Below are positions 20,873 to 31,925 of a stretch of 64,000 nt of DNA, one piece after another. Location of the stretch: positions 2,080,001 to 2,144,000 of the forward strand of contig OY970208.1 of assembly GCA_963713865.1 (NCBI GenBank), read 5' to 3'. A program made the position numbers and the translations under genes. The notes under the pieces are model-generated. The model did no database searches. It was not told the DNA's origin and saw nothing but the letters and a program-made list of their open reading frames with translations. This stretch comes from an uncultured candidate division Zixibacteria bacterium (GTDB taxonomy: Bacteria > Zixibacteria > MSB-5A5 > RBG-16-43-9). Numbering within the stretch: position 1 is the first letter of the stretch; each line of letters starts with the position of its first letter.

Positions 20873-20986
20873 TTATCCCTGTCTCTGCTTGTGTTTAGGG
20901 TTTTTACAGATAATCATAATCACACCCTGTCTTTTAACCACTTTACACTTCTCACATCTTACTTTAACTGAACTCCTGACCTTCAT
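20873..20986 (-). CDS. rpmJ: 50S ribosomal protein L36 (zinc-binding type); absent from the ORF track
   Basis: Manual translation [37 protein letters not shown]. Confidence 0.97.
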   Translation of the reverse strand: MKVRSSVKVRCEKCKVVKRQGVIMIICKNPKHKQRQG

Positions 20987-21045
20987 CTTCTCACCTCTTG
21001 TTACCTATCACCTATAACCTACAACCTACGACCTGAAACCTTTAG

Positions 21046-21264
21046 TTATTTGTATCTATAAACTATCCTGCCCCTGGAAAGGTCATAAGGAGAAAGCTCA
21101 ACTGTAACCTTGTCACCGGGTAAAATCTTAATAAAATGCATCCTCATCTTTCCAGAAATATGAGCTAAAACTATGTGTCCATTTTCAATCTCCACCCTGA
21201 ACATCGCATTGGGCAGAGGCTCAATCACCTTACCATCAACCTGAATAGGCTCTTCTTTAGGCAT
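21046..21264 (-). CDS. infA: Translation initiation factor IF-1
   Basis: [36 protein letters not shown]. Confidence 0.99.
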   Translation of the reverse strand: MPKEEPIQVDGKVIEPLPNAMFRVEIENGHIVLAHISGKMRMHFIKILPGDKVTVELSPYDLSRGRIVYRYK

Positions 21265-21282
21265 ATAAATTCTTCGAACCGC

Positions 21283-22044
21283 TCACTCTAAGGGTTCGCC
21301 CTGAAGGGTTAAGATTTCACCTCCGCTCTGGGTTATAGCTATGGTATGCTCAAAATGAGCTGAAAGTGACCCATCCTCTGTTACTATTGTCCAGTTATCA
21401 TCCAGCGTTTTGATCTTATAAGTACCTGCATTAACCATCGGCTCAATAGCCAGAACCATACCTTCTTTTAATAGTGGTCCCATCCCTGAAATTCCAAAGT
21501 TAGGGATAGGCGGGTCTTCATGCATCTGTCTCCCTATGCCATGACCGGTAAGATCCCTTACTACTGAAAAACCATTTTTCTCCACCAGGGATTGAACTGC
21601 AAAAGATATATCACCCAAGCGATTTCCCGAGATCGCTTGAGCTATCCCGGCTTCTAAACCCTTCTTTGCCACTCCTAGTAGCTTCTTAGTTTCATCCGAT
21701 ATTTCTCCAACCGAAAAAGTCCAGGCGCCATCCGCATAAAATCCATCTTTAAATACACCCACATCCACAGAAACTATCTCTCCATCCTCAAGAATCTTTT
21801 GTCCCGGAATTCCGTGAACAACTTCATCATTTATGGAAACGCAGATATTTTTAGGGAAACCACGGTATCCTTTAAAAGCTGGCACAGCTTTATTTCTCTT
21901 AATAAACTCCTCCGCCCAAAAATCAAGCTCAATTGTCTTAATTCCTGGCTTGATCTTATCTTTTAAATAGTTCAAAGTCAAAGCCACAATCCTGCCGTTC
22001 TCCCGAATTATCTTTATCTCTCTTTCTGATTTTAATTCAATCAT
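21283..22044 (-). CDS. map: Methionine aminopeptidase type I
   Basis: SINDEVVHGIP, GHGIG..MHEDP, AIEPM, SAHFEHT. Confidence 0.98.
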   Translation of the reverse strand: MIELKSEREIKIIRENGRIVALTLNYLKDKIKPGIKTIELDFWAEEFIKRNKAVPAFKGYRGFPKNICVSINDEVVHGIPGQKILEDGEIVSVDVGVFKDGFYADGAWTFSVGEISDETKKLLGVAKKGLEAGIAQAISGNRLGDISFAVQSLVEKNGFSVVRDLTGHGIGRQMHEDPPIPNFGISGMGPLLKEGMVLAIEPMVNAGTYKIKTLDDNWTIVTEDGSLSAHFEHTIAITQSGGEILTLQGEPLE

Positions 22045-22047
22045 CTT

Positions 22048-22690
22048 TTAGCTAATAACTTTAAGTATCTCCTCTAATACCAGTTTTTTATCTTTTTCTC
22101 CATCTATCTCTATTAACTTACCCTGCCCCTGATAATAGGATTCTAAAGGTTGGGTCTGTCTCACATATACTTCCAATCTTTTCAAAATCACCTCTCTATT
22201 ATCATCCACCCTTTGCTCTAACTCTCCGCTACACAGATCACATCTCCCGGCCTCTTTGGGCGGTTCTGGTCTCCAGATTATAATCTGCTCCACAAAGTTC
22301 GCAGACCAATCTGGCTGATAGCCTTTTTATAATAGTCTCATCCGATACCCTAATTTTAATAACTCCATCAATTTTTTTGCTTATACCATTTAATAATCTG
22401 TCCAGGCTCTCTGCCTGTACCTGAGTTCTTGGAAAACCATCCAGGATAAATCCTTTTTCACAATCCTTTTCCTCTAACCTTTTTTTCACCACCTCTAAAA
22501 TCAATCCATCCGGAACCAACTCACCCTTAGACATAAAAACCATTACCTTTTCACCCAAGAGCGTTCCCTTTTTCACCTCATCTCTCAATATATCTCCAGT
22601 GGAGATGTGAGGGATGTTTAGCTTCAAAGATAAAAGCTCTGCCTGGGTTCCTTTTCCAGTACCCGGCGCACCTAAGAATATGAAATTCAA
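22048..22690 (-). CDS. adk: Adenylate kinase with zinc LID, frameshifted near 22264-22265 (probably an error)
   Basis: GAPGTGKGTQA, HISTGDILR, LDGFPR; removing one A from AGAACCG joins CELCG...ETRPPKEAGRCDLCSG...QRVDD. Confidence 0.93.
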
Positions 22691-22691
22691 T

Positions 22692-23999
22692 TTAGAATCT
22701 TCCTTTTATCCTTCCTTTCTTCATAAACCCTTCATAATGCCTCATTATCAGATGAGACTCTATCTGCTGAAGAGTATCTAAAGCTACCCCTACCACAATC
22801 AAAATACTGGTGCCGCCGAAGTAGAAACTGACATTCACCTTTTTCATAAGGAAATAAGGTATGATAGCAATTATGGCAAAAAAGATGGCTCCCGGAAGAG
22901 TGATTCTGGTCAAAATACGATCTATATATTCAGAAGTCCTTTTCCCTGGCCTTATCCCCGGTATAAAACCTCCATATTTTCTCATATTATCAGCTAAATC
23001 TACCGGGTTGAAAACGATGGCGGTATAAAAATAAGCAAAGAAGACGATCAGAAGACCATAAACAATCGAATAAAGAGCAGTTCCGGCATTAAACCAACCA
23101 GTAACTGTATGCATAAACTCACTATTGGGGAAAAATGAAGCCAGGGTGCTGGGAGCAAACATAATCGATTGTGCAAAGATGATCGGAATTATCCCGGCTG
23201 CATTTACCGAGAGAGGTATATGAGTACTCTGCCCTCCATACATTTTCCTTCCGACAACCCGTTTAGCATATTGAACCGGAATTTTTCTCTGAGCACGGGT
23301 TACTAAAACCGTTGCCGCTATCACAGCCAACATCAAAGCAATTAAAAAAGCTTCAGTGAAAATAGTTCTTCTTCCTCCTAAAAGATTCTGAATCTCCTCG
23401 ATAATTGCATTTGGAAAACGAGCGATGATTCCGATAAAAATTATCAAAGAGATACCGTTACCAATCCCCTTATCCGTTATCTGTTCACCCAGCCACATTA
23501 TAAAGATTGTGCCGGAGGTAAAGGTTAACATAGTCAAAAGCCGGAATCCCATTCCCGGACTGGTAACCGCATATCTTCCTCCGATATTTATACTCTCTAA
23601 GAAAAGAGAAGTTGCCATAGCCTGAACCGCAGCGATAAGTACCGTCCCGTATCGGGTATACTGGGTGATCTTTCTTCTCCCTTCTTCTCCTTCTTTCTGC
23701 AACTTCTGAAAATACGGCACCACCGTCCCCAAAAGCTGCATAATAATCGAGGCTGAGATATATGGCATTATGCCTAAAGAAAAGATGGTAGCTTTGGCAA
23801 AAGCTCCACCAGCAAACATATCGTATAGACCTAAAAGGGAACCTCCAGCCTGTTTAAAAAACTCTCCTAAGGCCTGGGCATCCACTCCCGGAGTAGGAAT
23901 ATGCGAACCTATCCGGTAAACAACCAGAATCCCTAAGGTAAATAAAATCCTTTTCCTCAGCTCCGGTATTTTGAAAATGTTCTGAAAAGTGTCTATCAT
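22692..23999 (-). CDS. secY: Preprotein translocase SecY
   Basis: LGIMPYISASII.QLL, GIGNGISLIIF, IPGIRPG, GGTSILIVVGV. Confidence 0.99.
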   Translation of the reverse strand: MIDTFQNIFKIPELRKRILFTLGILVVYRIGSHIPTPGVDAQALGEFFKQAGGSLLGLYDMFAGGAFAKATIFSLGIMPYISASIIMQLLGTVVPYFQKLQKEGEEGRRKITQYTRYGTVLIAAVQAMATSLFLESINIGGRYAVTSPGMGFRLLTMLTFTSGTIFIMWLGEQITDKGIGNGISLIIFIGIIARFPNAIIEEIQNLLGGRRTIFTEAFLIALMLAVIAATVLVTRAQRKIPVQYAKRVVGRKMYGGQSTHIPLSVNAAGIIPIIFAQSIMFAPSTLASFFPNSEFMHTVTGWFNAGTALYSIVYGLLIVFFAYFYTAIVFNPVDLADNMRKYGGFIPGIRPGKRTSEYIDRILTRITLPGAIFFAIIAIIPYFLMKKVNVSFYFGGTSILIVVGVALDTLQQIESHLIMRHYEGFMKKGRIKGRF

Positions 24000-24439
24000 T
24001 TTATCAACTCAACTTTTCCACCACAAGCCAGGATTTTCTCTTTAGCGCTCTGGCTGAATGCCTGTGCCTGAATAGTTACCGGAAAATCTATGTTCCCCTC
24101 TCCCAATATTTTAACTGGTAGATTTTCTTTTTTGACCAAGCCAAAGTTTTTCATAACCAGAGGATTAATCAGCTCCAACCGCCCACATTTAACCAGCGAG
24201 CCCAAGTTCACTACCTGATATTCCCGTTTGAAAAGCGAAGTGAATCCTCTTTTGGGTAATCTCCTCTGCAAAGGCATCTGACCACCTTCAAACCAGGGGT
24301 GGATATTTCCACCGGAACGAGCTTTCTGACCTTTATGCCCTTTGGTTGAAGTTTTACCATGGCCTGAACCCGGACCTCTCCCGATCCTTTTTCTTTTTTT
24401 AGTCGAACCAGCTACTTTTCTTAAATTGCCTAATCTCAT
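23996..24439 (-). CDS. rplO: 50S ribosomal protein L15
   Basis: GRGPGSGHGKTS.KGHKGQKARSG, FEGGQMPL.RRLPKRGF. Confidence 0.99.
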   Translation of the reverse strand: MRLGNLRKVAGSTKKRKRIGRGPGSGHGKTSTKGHKGQKARSGGNIHPWFEGGQMPLQRRLPKRGFTSLFKREYQVVNLGSLVKCGRLELINPLVMKNFGLVKKENLPVKILGEGNIDFPVTIQAQAFSQSAKEKILACGGKVELIK

Positions 24440-24454
24440 AAAGAAAATCCTCGA

Positions 24455-24643
24455 TTATCTTTCCACCTCTTCAACTTTCAATAAATAATTTACTTTCTGA
24501 ATCATACCTCTGATCTGAGGTGTGTTTTTGTGATATACTGTTTGATGTAGTTTTTTAATCCCTAAAGAACGAATAGTCTCTTTGTGAGATTTTTCGCAAT
24601 CTATAGCGCTTTTGATTTGAGTTATCTTAAGTTCTTTTTCCAT
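24455..24643 (-). CDS. rpmD: 50S ribosomal protein L30
   Basis: LKITQIKSAI, LG.KKLHQTV, IRGMI.KV; spc operon position. Confidence 0.96.
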   Translation of the reverse strand: MEKELKITQIKSAIDCEKSHKETIRSLGIKKLHQTVYHKNTPQIRGMIQKVNYLLKVEEVER

Positions 24644-24652
24644 AAAAGTATT

Positions 24653-25129
24653 TTATTTTTCTTCCACTTCAGTTTTTTCGACAAATTCTCTAATCCTTAA
24701 TAGACCGGCCAGGGTAGCTTTTACTACATTATGAGGATTTGAAGTACCTAAAGATTTGGTTAAAATATCCTGGACTCCTGCTGCTTCCAAGACTGCTCTC
24801 ACTGGCCCACCAGCAATAACTCCGGTACCTGGAGAAGCAGGCTTCATAACCACAGAAGCCGCTCCAAATCTACCGATTATCGGATAGGGAATAGTCCCCT
24901 CTTTTAAAGGAATCTCTATCATATTTTTCCTGGCTGATTCCGTCCCTTTGGTGATAGCATCAGAGACTTCTCCGGCTTTACCCAGACCCACGCCAACTTT
25001 TCCTTTCCTATCCCCGACTGCTACTAAAGCCGTAAACCCAAATCTCTTACCTCCCTTCACTACTTTAGCAACTCGGTTAATATAGATTACCCTTTCCTCA
25101 AATTGCATTTCATCCGCATCAAATTTCAT
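24653..25129 (-). CDS. rpsE: 30S ribosomal protein S5
   Basis: [24 protein letters not shown]. Confidence 0.99.
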   Translation of the reverse strand: MKFDADEMQFEERVIYINRVAKVVKGGKRFGFTALVAVGDRKGKVGVGLGKAGEVSDAITKGTESARKNMIEIPLKEGTIPYPIIGRFGAASVVMKPASPGTGVIAGGPVRAVLEAAGVQDILTKSLGTSNPHNVVKATLAGLLRIREFVEKTEVEEK

Positions 25130-25144
25130 TCAATTACCTCTCGG

Positions 25145-25519
25145 TTAAAATTTCAAACCGCCTTCTCTGGCTCCCTCAGCCAAGGCTTTAACCCGGCCGT
25201 GATAGACATATCTGTTCCTGTCAAAGACCACCTGTACTATCCCCTTTCCCTTAGCTATAGAAGCCAGATAAAGACCAATTTTTTTGGCTATTTGAGTTTT
25301 TGTCTCTTCTTTAGTTAACTCTTTCCTGAATTCAGGAGTTAAACTTGAAATCCCTAACAATGTCCTGTGAGATAGGTCATCTATAAGTTGAGCGGAGATA
25401 TGATTTAAACTTTTGGATACTGTCAGCCTGGGTTTCTCAGGTGTCCCTCTGACCTTTTTTCTCACCCTTTTTTGTCTCCTCTCTGAGGAGAATCTCTTTA
25501 TCTCAGTCTTATCTCTCAT
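25145..25519 (-). CDS. rplR: 50S ribosomal protein L18
   Basis: PRLTV, AQLIDD, VVFDR..Y.YHGRVKALA..ARE.GL.F. Confidence 0.99.
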   Translation of the reverse strand: MRDKTEIKRFSSERRQKRVRKKVRGTPEKPRLTVSKSLNHISAQLIDDLSHRTLLGISSLTPEFRKELTKEETKTQIAKKIGLYLASIAKGKGIVQVVFDRNRYVYHGRVKALAEGAREGGLKF

Positions 25520-25558
25520 AAAACTTAAACTTCCTTATTATATCAGATTAATTTTTTT

Positions 25559-26095
25559 CTAAGCTGCAGCCTTACCAGCTTTTTTACGAACTTTCTCACC
25601 CTCATACCTGATCCCTTTACCTTTATAAGGCTCAGGCGGTCTAAATGCTCTAAGTTTCGCTGCAACCTGCCCCACCAGCTCTTTATCAGTCCCTGAGACT
25701 ACAATCCGGGTTGGGTTATCTATAATTATTTTTATATCCTCAGGGGGCACAAAAAGGATAGGATGGGAATAACCTAAACTTAATGATAGTTTTTTACCTA
25801 AAAGCTCAGCTTTATACCCTACACCCACAATAGACAGCACCTTCTTAAATCCTTCGGTTACACCTTTAATCATATTAGCAATAATGGCTCTGGTTAACCC
25901 ATGTAACGATTTGTCAACCTTGTTATCGGAGCTCCTTTTAACCAAGACCTTGTCCCCTTCTAATTGGATTTGCATAGCTGGATGAAACCTTTTAATCAAT
26001 CTACCCAGAGGTCCATTCACCGTTACCTCATTCTGGGAGACTTCCACTTTTACCCCTTTTGGTACAACTACCGGATTTTTACCAACTCTTGACAT
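25559..26095 (-). CDS. rplF: 50S ribosomal protein L6
   Basis: MSRVGK.P, LGYSHP, PEPYKGKGIRY. Confidence 0.99.
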   Translation of the reverse strand: MSRVGKNPVVVPKGVKVEVSQNEVTVNGPLGRLIKRFHPAMQIQLEGDKVLVKRSSDNKVDKSLHGLTRAIIANMIKGVTEGFKKVLSIVGVGYKAELLGKKLSLSLGYSHPILFVPPEDIKIIIDNPTRIVVSGTDKELVGQVAAKLRAFRPPEPYKGKGIRYEGEKVRKKAGKAAA

Positions 26096-26118
26096 CTATC
26101 ACTCCTGAAAAGCTGAAA

Positions 26119-26517
26119 TCACCAGATACGACAGATAACCTCTCCACCTATCCCCTTTGCCCTGGCCTGGCTATCAGTTAGAACTCCCTGGGAGGTAGAA
26201 AGGACATATATGCCAAACTCTCTGCCAATCTTTTTTATCTTATCTTTATCAAAATAGATCCGTAATCCCGGTTTGCTGATTCGCTCGAGTTTGATGATAC
26301 TCTTTTCTCCTTTTATATTATACTTCAAATAGAGCCTTAAGACATTTTGCTTATTATCTTCAACTTCAACATAGTTTCGAATATACTTATTCTCTAAAAG
26401 TGTCCTGGCTATCTCTTTCTTCATCCGGGAACTGGGTATATCCACAGTTTTATGCTTGGCTTTATAGGCATTTCTAATACGGGTAAGCATATCTGCTATT
26501 GGGTCGGTAACATTCAT
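26119..26517 (-). CDS. rpsH: 30S ribosomal protein S8
   Basis: TDPIADMLTRIRNA, RISKPGLRIY, GGEV. Confidence 0.99.
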   Translation of the reverse strand: MNVTDPIADMLTRIRNAYKAKHKTVDIPSSRMKKEIARTLLENKYIRNYVEVEDNKQNVLRLYLKYNIKGEKSIIKLERISKPGLRIYFDKDKIKKIGREFGIYVLSTSQGVLTDSQARAKGIGGEVICRIW

Positions 26518-26538
26518 CTGCTCTCCTCGAATCTAATT

Positions 26539-26724
26539 CTACCAGCTGGCTTTAACCACGCCGGGTATTTCACCACTCAGGGCTAATTCTCGAAAACAGA
26601 TACGACACAGGCCAAAATCCCTCATATATCCCCTGGGCCTGCCGCATCTGTTACATCGGTTATGTTTTCTAACCTTGAACTTAGGTTTCCGTTTGGCTTT
26701 TTCTATCATTGCCGTTCTGGCCAC
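26539..26724 (-). CDS. rpsN: 30S ribosomal protein S14, zinc (type Z) form
   Basis: RCNRCGRPR...[10 protein letters not shown]...PGV.KASW; 61 aa. Confidence 0.98.
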   Translation of the reverse strand: MARTAMIEKAKRKPKFKVRKHNRCNRCGRPRGYMRDFGLCRICFRELALSGEIPGVVKASW

Positions 26725-26748
26725 TTTATTACTCTCCTTAAGTCACTT

Positions 26749-27366
26749 TTAACTGCGAAAAGGCATTCCTAAAGCTTTCAACAGCTCCAGCCCTTCTTCA
26801 TCTGTTTTAGCCGTAGTGCATATAGTTATATTCATACCTCTTATCTTTTCAACTTTGTCATAGTCAATCTCTGGAAAGATCAACTGCTCTTTAAGACCTA
26901 AATTAAAGTTACCCCGGCCATCAAAAGACTTGGCTGGCACTCCTCTAAAATCCCTGATCCTGGGTATGGCAATATTCACCAATTTATCAAAAAAATCCAG
27001 CATACGATCTTTTCGAAGGGTCACGCAACAGCCAATCGGTGCTCCTTCTCTCAATTTGAAATTCGAAATCGATTTCTTAGCTCTTCTCATGATTGGCTTC
27101 TGACCGGTGATTATAGTCAAATCATTTATAGAAGATTCTAAAAACTTGACATTCTGAATTGCTTCCCCTACACCAATGTTAATTACAATCTTCTCCAGTT
27201 TAGGAACTTGCATTGAATTCCGATACCCAAACCTTTTCATCAAGCTTGAAACTACCTCTTTTCGGTATTTCTCCTTAAGCCTTGGAATATATTTAGCTTT
27301 AGGGGAACCTTTTTCCTGCTCTTTTACTTTCTCCTTTTCTTTTCCTTTATCTTTTTCTTTTGCCAT
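26749..27366 (-). CDS. rplE: 50S ribosomal protein L5 with a charged N-terminal extension
   Basis: [34 protein letters not shown]. Confidence 0.99.
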   Translation of the reverse strand: MAKEKDKGKEKEKVKEQEKGSPKAKYIPRLKEKYRKEVVSSLMKRFGYRNSMQVPKLEKIVINIGVGEAIQNVKFLESSINDLTIITGQKPIMRRAKKSISNFKLREGAPIGCCVTLRKDRMLDFFDKLVNIAIPRIRDFRGVPAKSFDGRGNFNLGLKEQLIFPEIDYDKVEKIRGMNITICTTAKTDEEGLELLKALGMPFRS

Positions 27367-27423
27367 TTAAACTTACCTTTTTATATCTCTCGTCTAACAT
27401 CTTACTTCTCACCTCTTACTTTC

Positions 27424-27747
27424 TTATAGTATCTCACCGCATTTCCTGCAAATGCGAACTTTATTCAGCATTTCACCAGTCTCGGACTTTAACAACCTAT
27501 AGCTTACCTTAGTAGGTGAAGAACATTTGGAACAATATAACATCAAATTTGAAACTTCAATCGAACCTTCCTTTTCCAGGATTCCACCTTTTGGATTCTT
27601 GGAGGTAGGGCGGGAATGCTTCTTTATGAAATTAACCCCTTCCACTACCGCTCTGTTTTTTTCTTTAGAGATTTTAAGCACTTTACCCATTTTACCTCGA
27701 TCGTCTCCGCTGATCACCAGAACTGTATCGCCTTTTTTAATCCGCAT
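27424..27747 (-). CDS. rplX: 50S ribosomal protein L24
   Basis: IKKGDTV.VISG.D.GK.GKV, VEGVN, SNL. Confidence 0.98.
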   Translation of the reverse strand: MRIKKGDTVLVISGDDRGKMGKVLKISKEKNRAVVEGVNFIKKHSRPTSKNPKGGILEKEGSIEVSNLMLYCSKCSSPTKVSYRLLKSETGEMLNKVRICRKCGEIL

Positions 27748-27777
27748 CTTTACTCTCCTGAACTACCTTTAATCTCC

Positions 27778-28145
27778 TTATAGCACTTCAGGTCCAGAGA
27801 GATTATCTTCATAAATTGCTTCTCCCTTAACTCCCTGGCAACTGGCCCAAAAATCCTGGTCCCTTTTGGCTCAAGCTGTTCATCTATTATCACTGCCGCA
27901 TTATCAGAAAAACGAATATAGGAGCCATCTTTTCTTCTGGTCTCTTTAGTAGTTCTAACCACCACCGCCTTGCAAACATCGCTTTTCTTCACCGTCCCTC
28001 CGGGCAAAGCATCTTTAACTGTGACCACGATTATGTCTCCGATTCGGGCATATCTTCTTCTGGTACCACCAAGAACCCTGAAACATTGCACCACCTTTGC
28101 TCCCGTATTATCCGCTACTACTAATTTAGAGTATTCTCTGATCAT
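27778..28145 (-). CDS. rplN: 50S ribosomal protein L14; apparent one-base deletion near 27793 extends the ORF to 27750
   Basis: [21 protein letters not shown]; reads CTG GA CCT GAA GTG CTA TAA, and one added C restores the conserved SLAPEVL-stop. Confidence 0.97.
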
Positions 28146-28173
28146 AAATAGTACCTAAGGTAAGCTTTTAAAA

Positions 28174-28431
28174 CTACTTTGCCTTTTCAATGATCTCTAA
28201 AAGTCTCCATCGTTTAAGCTTAGAAAGAGGTCGGGTTTCCATAACTTTAACCAGGTCACCGATCTGGCACTCTCCTTTTTCATCGTGAGCATACAGTTTA
28301 GAGGATTTTTTAATCGTCTTCTGATAAATCGAATGTCTTAAAAGTCTTTGTACTGCAACTACTATAGTTTTCTGCATACGATTAGAAACGACTCTTCCAA
28401 TCCTGATTTTTCTTCTTTTTCTCTCTATCAT
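28174..28431 (-). CDS. rpsQ: 30S ribosomal protein S17
   Basis: [30 protein letters not shown]. Confidence 0.99.
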   Translation of the reverse strand: MIERKRRKIRIGRVVSNRMQKTIVVAVQRLLRHSIYQKTIKKSSKLYAHDEKGECQIGDLVKVMETRPLSKLKRWRLLEIIEKAK

Positions 28432-28475
28432 ATGGTTTTGATTTTTCTTTTAGCTTTATGGTTCAAGCTTAGTTT

Positions 28476-28706
28476 TTACTTTATTTTTCTCTCTTCTGGA
28501 GTAGCCAGCTTCCTTTTTCCCAATTCCTCTTCTCTCAGCAGAGTGTTGATCCTGGCAATATCTCTTCTTATAACCCTGAGCTTGAGTGGATTATCCAGCT
28601 CCTTGGCTGATTTCTGCATATTTAAATTAAACAACTCTTCCTCAAGTTCCTCTTTTTGCTGAAGGAGTTCTTCTTTAGTAAGATCTTTTAAGATTGCTTT
28701 CTTCAT
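28476..28706 (-). CDS. rpmC: 50S ribosomal protein L29
   Basis: ELFNL.MQ, RRDIARI.T; S10 operon position. Confidence 0.95.
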   Translation of the reverse strand: MKKAILKDLTKEELLQQKEELEEELFNLNMQKSAKELDNPLKLRVIRRDIARINTLLREEELGKRKLATPEERKIK

Positions 28707-28719
28707 ATTCTATAACCTT

Positions 28720-29136
28720 TTAATTAAACTGAGCCCTCGAAACCATTTTGGTCTTTATGGGAAGTTTATGAGCTGCCAGGTCAAAAGCTTCTTTAGCCAC
28801 TTCTGTGGTAACCCCTTCCAATTCAAAAAGAATTCTACCGGGTTTGACTACTGCTACCCAGTACTCCGGGTTCCCTTTTCCTTTTCCCATCCTGGTCTCT
28901 GCTGGCTTCACCGTAGCTGGCTTGTCTGGAAAAACCCTTATCCAAACTTTCCCACCTCTTTTTAAATGCCGGGTCAGGGCAACTCTAGCCGCCTCAATCT
29001 GTTTATCAGTAATCCAGGCAGGCTCAAGCGCTTTCAAGCCAAACTCTCCAAAATCTATATTAGAGCCTCTGGTAGCTTTTCCTCTTCTTTTGCCTCTCTG
29101 CTGTTTTCTATATTTCACCCTTTTGGGCATTAACAT
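28720..29136 (-). CDS. rplP: 50S ribosomal protein L16
   Basis: [29 protein letters not shown]. Confidence 0.99.
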   Translation of the reverse strand: MLMPKRVKYRKQQRGKRRGKATRGSNIDFGEFGLKALEPAWITDKQIEAARVALTRHLKRGGKVWIRVFPDKPATVKPAETRMGKGKGNPEYWVAVVKPGRILFELEGVTTEVAKEAFDLAAHKLPIKTKMVSRAQFN

Positions 29137-29183
29137 TTTTGTCTCCTTAAAAACTTAAAGCGTAATATAAACCTTAAACTTAC

Positions 29184-29930
29184 CTATGATTCACCAAACT
29201 CCTTATCTCTTCTTCTTCCTCTTCTTCTCTTTTTAGTCTCAGGTGTTCTTTCTTCTTTTGCCCTTTCCGGGGTCCAGTGAACTCCTTCGACTAAATTAGC
29301 TTCTTTACCAAGTATCTCTCCTTTAAAAATCCACGTCTTTACTCCAATCGTCCCATAAGTAGTATGAGCAGTGGAGGCAGCATAATCTATATCCGCCCTT
29401 AAGGTATGCAAGGGAACACGTCCCTCCATATATTTTTCAGTCCTGGCTATCTCTGCTCCAGCTAACCTTCCTCCACAGGAGATTTTTATACCTTCAGCTC
29501 CCATCTTCATTGCCGCACTGATGGCTTTTTTCATTGCCTTTCTATAGGAGATTCTACTCTCCAGTTGGCGCGCTATGCTATCCGCTACCAATTTAGCAGA
29601 AAGCTCAGGTTTGCGCACTTCGATTATATTGATATTTATCTCTTTTTGGGTCAGGTGGTGCAATTCATCCCTTAATTTGTCCACCTCCGCCCCTTTTCTT
29701 CCGATAACAATCCCGGGTCTAGCCGTATGAATATCAATGGTTATCTTTTTGGGAGCTCTAAAAATGTCAATATTTGCAATCCCAGCATGCTCTAATCTGG
29801 CAAGTGTATATTTACGAATCAACTGATCCTCTTCCAACTGCTCAGCAAAATTTTTACTGGCAAACCACCTCGAGTTCCACCATTTTACTATTCCCAGTCT
29901 CAAACCTATCGGATTTGTTTTATGACCCAA
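29184..29930 (-). CDS. rpsC: 30S ribosomal protein S3
   Basis: [35 protein letters not shown]. Confidence 0.99.
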   Translation of the reverse strand: MGHKTNPIGLRLGIVKWWNSRWFASKNFAEQLEEDQLIRKYTLARLEHAGIANIDIFRAPKKITIDIHTARPGIVIGRKGAEVDKLRDELHHLTQKEININIIEVRKPELSAKLVADSIARQLESRISYRKAMKKAISAAMKMGAEGIKISCGGRLAGAEIARTEKYMEGRVPLHTLRADIDYAASTAHTTYGTIGVKTWIFKGEILGKEANLVEGVHWTPERAKEERTPETKKRRRGRRRDKEFGES

Positions 29931-29980
29931 ACTTTTTTCCTCCTATATTTTCTAACTTGTGAACAATAATTTTGTAAAAT

Positions 29981-30454
29981 CTATCTTTTATTTTCCTTGG
30001 GCAATTTCTTCTTTACCTCTTTTCTCAACTTCTTTTCTTCCTTTTTACCCTCTTCAACTTTTTCCTTTTTCTTCTTTTCGAGCTCCTTTACTTCCTTTTT
30101 CTTTTCTCCTTCAATTTCATCTGAAACTATAATCGTTAGATGGTTGGTCCTTTTCCTGATCCGATAAGCTCTTCCCATACTACTGGGTCGAATCCTTTTC
30201 ATCATAGGACCACCATCCACGAAGATTTTCTTTATGTACAGATCTTCAGCCTTCAGTTTTGCAGTACCCTCCTGGCTTATAGCATTAGCAGTTGCAGATT
30301 TCAAGATCTTCTCAATATATTGAGCCGCATATTTGGGAACAAAGCTTAAAATGTTTAAAGCTTCTTCCACATTTTTATCTTTTATCAGCTCAACTACTCT
30401 TCTAACCTTTCTGGCTGACCCTCTGGAAAATCTTGCCCTGGCAACTGCCTCCAT
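29981..30454 (-). CDS. rplV: 50S ribosomal protein L22 with a long Lys/Glu-rich C-terminal tail
   Basis: S.RKVR.V, SA.ANA, VD.GP.MKR, GRA..IRKRT.H. Confidence 0.98.
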   Translation of the reverse strand: MEAVARARFSRGSARKVRRVVELIKDKNVEEALNILSFVPKYAAQYIEKILKSATANAISQEGTAKLKAEDLYIKKIFVDGGPMMKRIRPSSMGRAYRIRKRTNHLTIIVSDEIEGEKKKEVKELEKKKKEKVEEGKKEEKKLRKEVKKKLPKENKR

Positions 30455-30487
30455 TAAAACTCCTTTCGTCTCCCCATTTTTAATTAT

Positions 30488-30775
30488 CTACTTGAGTGAC
30501 ACCGACCTCTCGGTCATCTTGCCGGAGTGAGATCTAAATGTCCGTGTGGGTGCGAATTCTCCTAACTTATGTCCGACCATATTCTCGGTTACATAAACCG
30601 GAATAAATTTGTTTCCAGTGTGAATAGCAATCGTATGCCCTATAAACTCTGGCGTAATGGTGGATCTTCTGGACCAGGTCTTGATCACCTTCTTTTCTCC
30701 AGATTGATTCAAAGCTTCAACTTTTTTCATCAAATGCTCATCCACAAAGGGACCTTTTTTCAACGAACGCGCCAT
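30488..30775 (-). CDS. rpsS: 30S ribosomal protein S19
   Basis: [32 protein letters not shown]. Confidence 0.99.
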   Translation of the reverse strand: MARSLKKGPFVDEHLMKKVEALNQSGEKKVIKTWSRRSTITPEFIGHTIAIHTGNKFIPVYVTENMVGHKLGEFAPTRTFRSHSGKMTERSVSLK

Positions 30776-30778
30776 AGA

Positions 30779-31600
30779 TTATCCTCTCCGTTTAACAATC
30801 AATCTATCCGAAAGTTTTCTCTTCCTGGTTTTATAACCCTTGGTCGGTTTACCCCAGGGAGTGCAGGGATGTCTTCCGCCTGATGATTTTCCCTCTCCTC
30901 CTCCCATCGGATGATCCACCGGGTTCATAGCTACCCCCCTGACTCTGGGTCTTCTCCCTAACCACCTGGTTTTACCAGCTTTACCATAGGAGACATTCTC
31001 ATGGTCAATATTACTTAATTGACCGAGAGTAGCATAGCATTCAAGCCGAACCAGACGAATCTCTCCAGAAGGTAATCTTAAATGACCATAATCACCTTCT
31101 TTAGCTACCAATTGAGCCGCACTACCCGCTGTTCTGGCTATCTGTCCACCTTTACCTCTTTTCAGCTCAACATTATGAATCATCGTTCCTAAGGGGATCT
31201 TAGCTAAAGGCATAGCATTACCTGGCTTTATTTCAACTTCTTCACCGGCTATTACCTTATCACCAATTTTCAATTCTAAAGGAGCCAGAATATATCTTTT
31301 CTCTCCATCTATATATTGTAAAAGAGCAATACGGGATGAGCGATTCGGATCGTACTCAATCGATACCACCTTTGCTGGGATACTAAGCTTCTCTCTCTTG
31401 AAATCTATTATCCGATAGAACCGTTTAGAACCACCACCTCGATATCGACAGGTAATTCTTCCGTAATTATTCCTTCCACCTTTCTTCTTAAGAGAAACGA
31501 TAAGTGATTTCTCAGGCTTATCCCTGGTAATCTCCTCAAAAGTAGGAAGTGTTTTAAATCTCAATCCAGGAGTTACTGGTTTAAATTTCCTCAAAGGCAT
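30779..31600 (-). CDS. rplB: 50S ribosomal protein L2
   Basis: [25 protein letters not shown]. Confidence 0.99.
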   Translation of the reverse strand: MPLRKFKPVTPGLRFKTLPTFEEITRDKPEKSLIVSLKKKGGRNNYGRITCRYRGGGSKRFYRIIDFKREKLSIPAKVVSIEYDPNRSSRIALLQYIDGEKRYILAPLELKIGDKVIAGEEVEIKPGNAMPLAKIPLGTMIHNVELKRGKGGQIARTAGSAAQLVAKEGDYGHLRLPSGEIRLVRLECYATLGQLSNIDHENVSYGKAGKTRWLGRRPRVRGVAMNPVDHPMGGGEGKSSGGRHPCTPWGKPTKGYKTRKRKLSDRLIVKRRG

Positions 31601-31634
31601 TTATACGCTCTCTCCTCACACTATAAATGAAATA

Positions 31635-31925
31635 TCAAACCGTTTCAAAAAAATCTATCTTTTCACCTTTCTTTAACTTGACAATCGCCTTTTTCCAGTT
31701 AGGTCTGGGACCCTCAAACCTGCCCATCCTCTTAACTTTGCCATGAACCACCATCGTATGAACATCTTCGACCTTAACCTTGAAGATTTTCTCAATCGCG
31801 TTCTTTATCTCTAATTTATTTGCCTTCAGGTCTACCTTAAAAGCATATTTATCCTCTTTAGTCCGAAGATCGGTGCTTTTCTCTGTTGTTAGCGGGAAGT
31901 AAATTATTTTTCTGGCAGATTTCAA
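31635..31925 (-). CDS. rplW: 50S ribosomal protein L23
   Basis: TEKS, ANK.EIK.AIE.IF.VKV, WKKAIV.L. Confidence 0.98.
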   Translation of the reverse strand: MKSARKIIYFPLTTEKSTDLRTKEDKYAFKVDLKANKLEIKNAIEKIFKVKVEDVHTMVVHGKVKRMGRFEGPRPNWKKAIVKLKKGEKIDFFETV

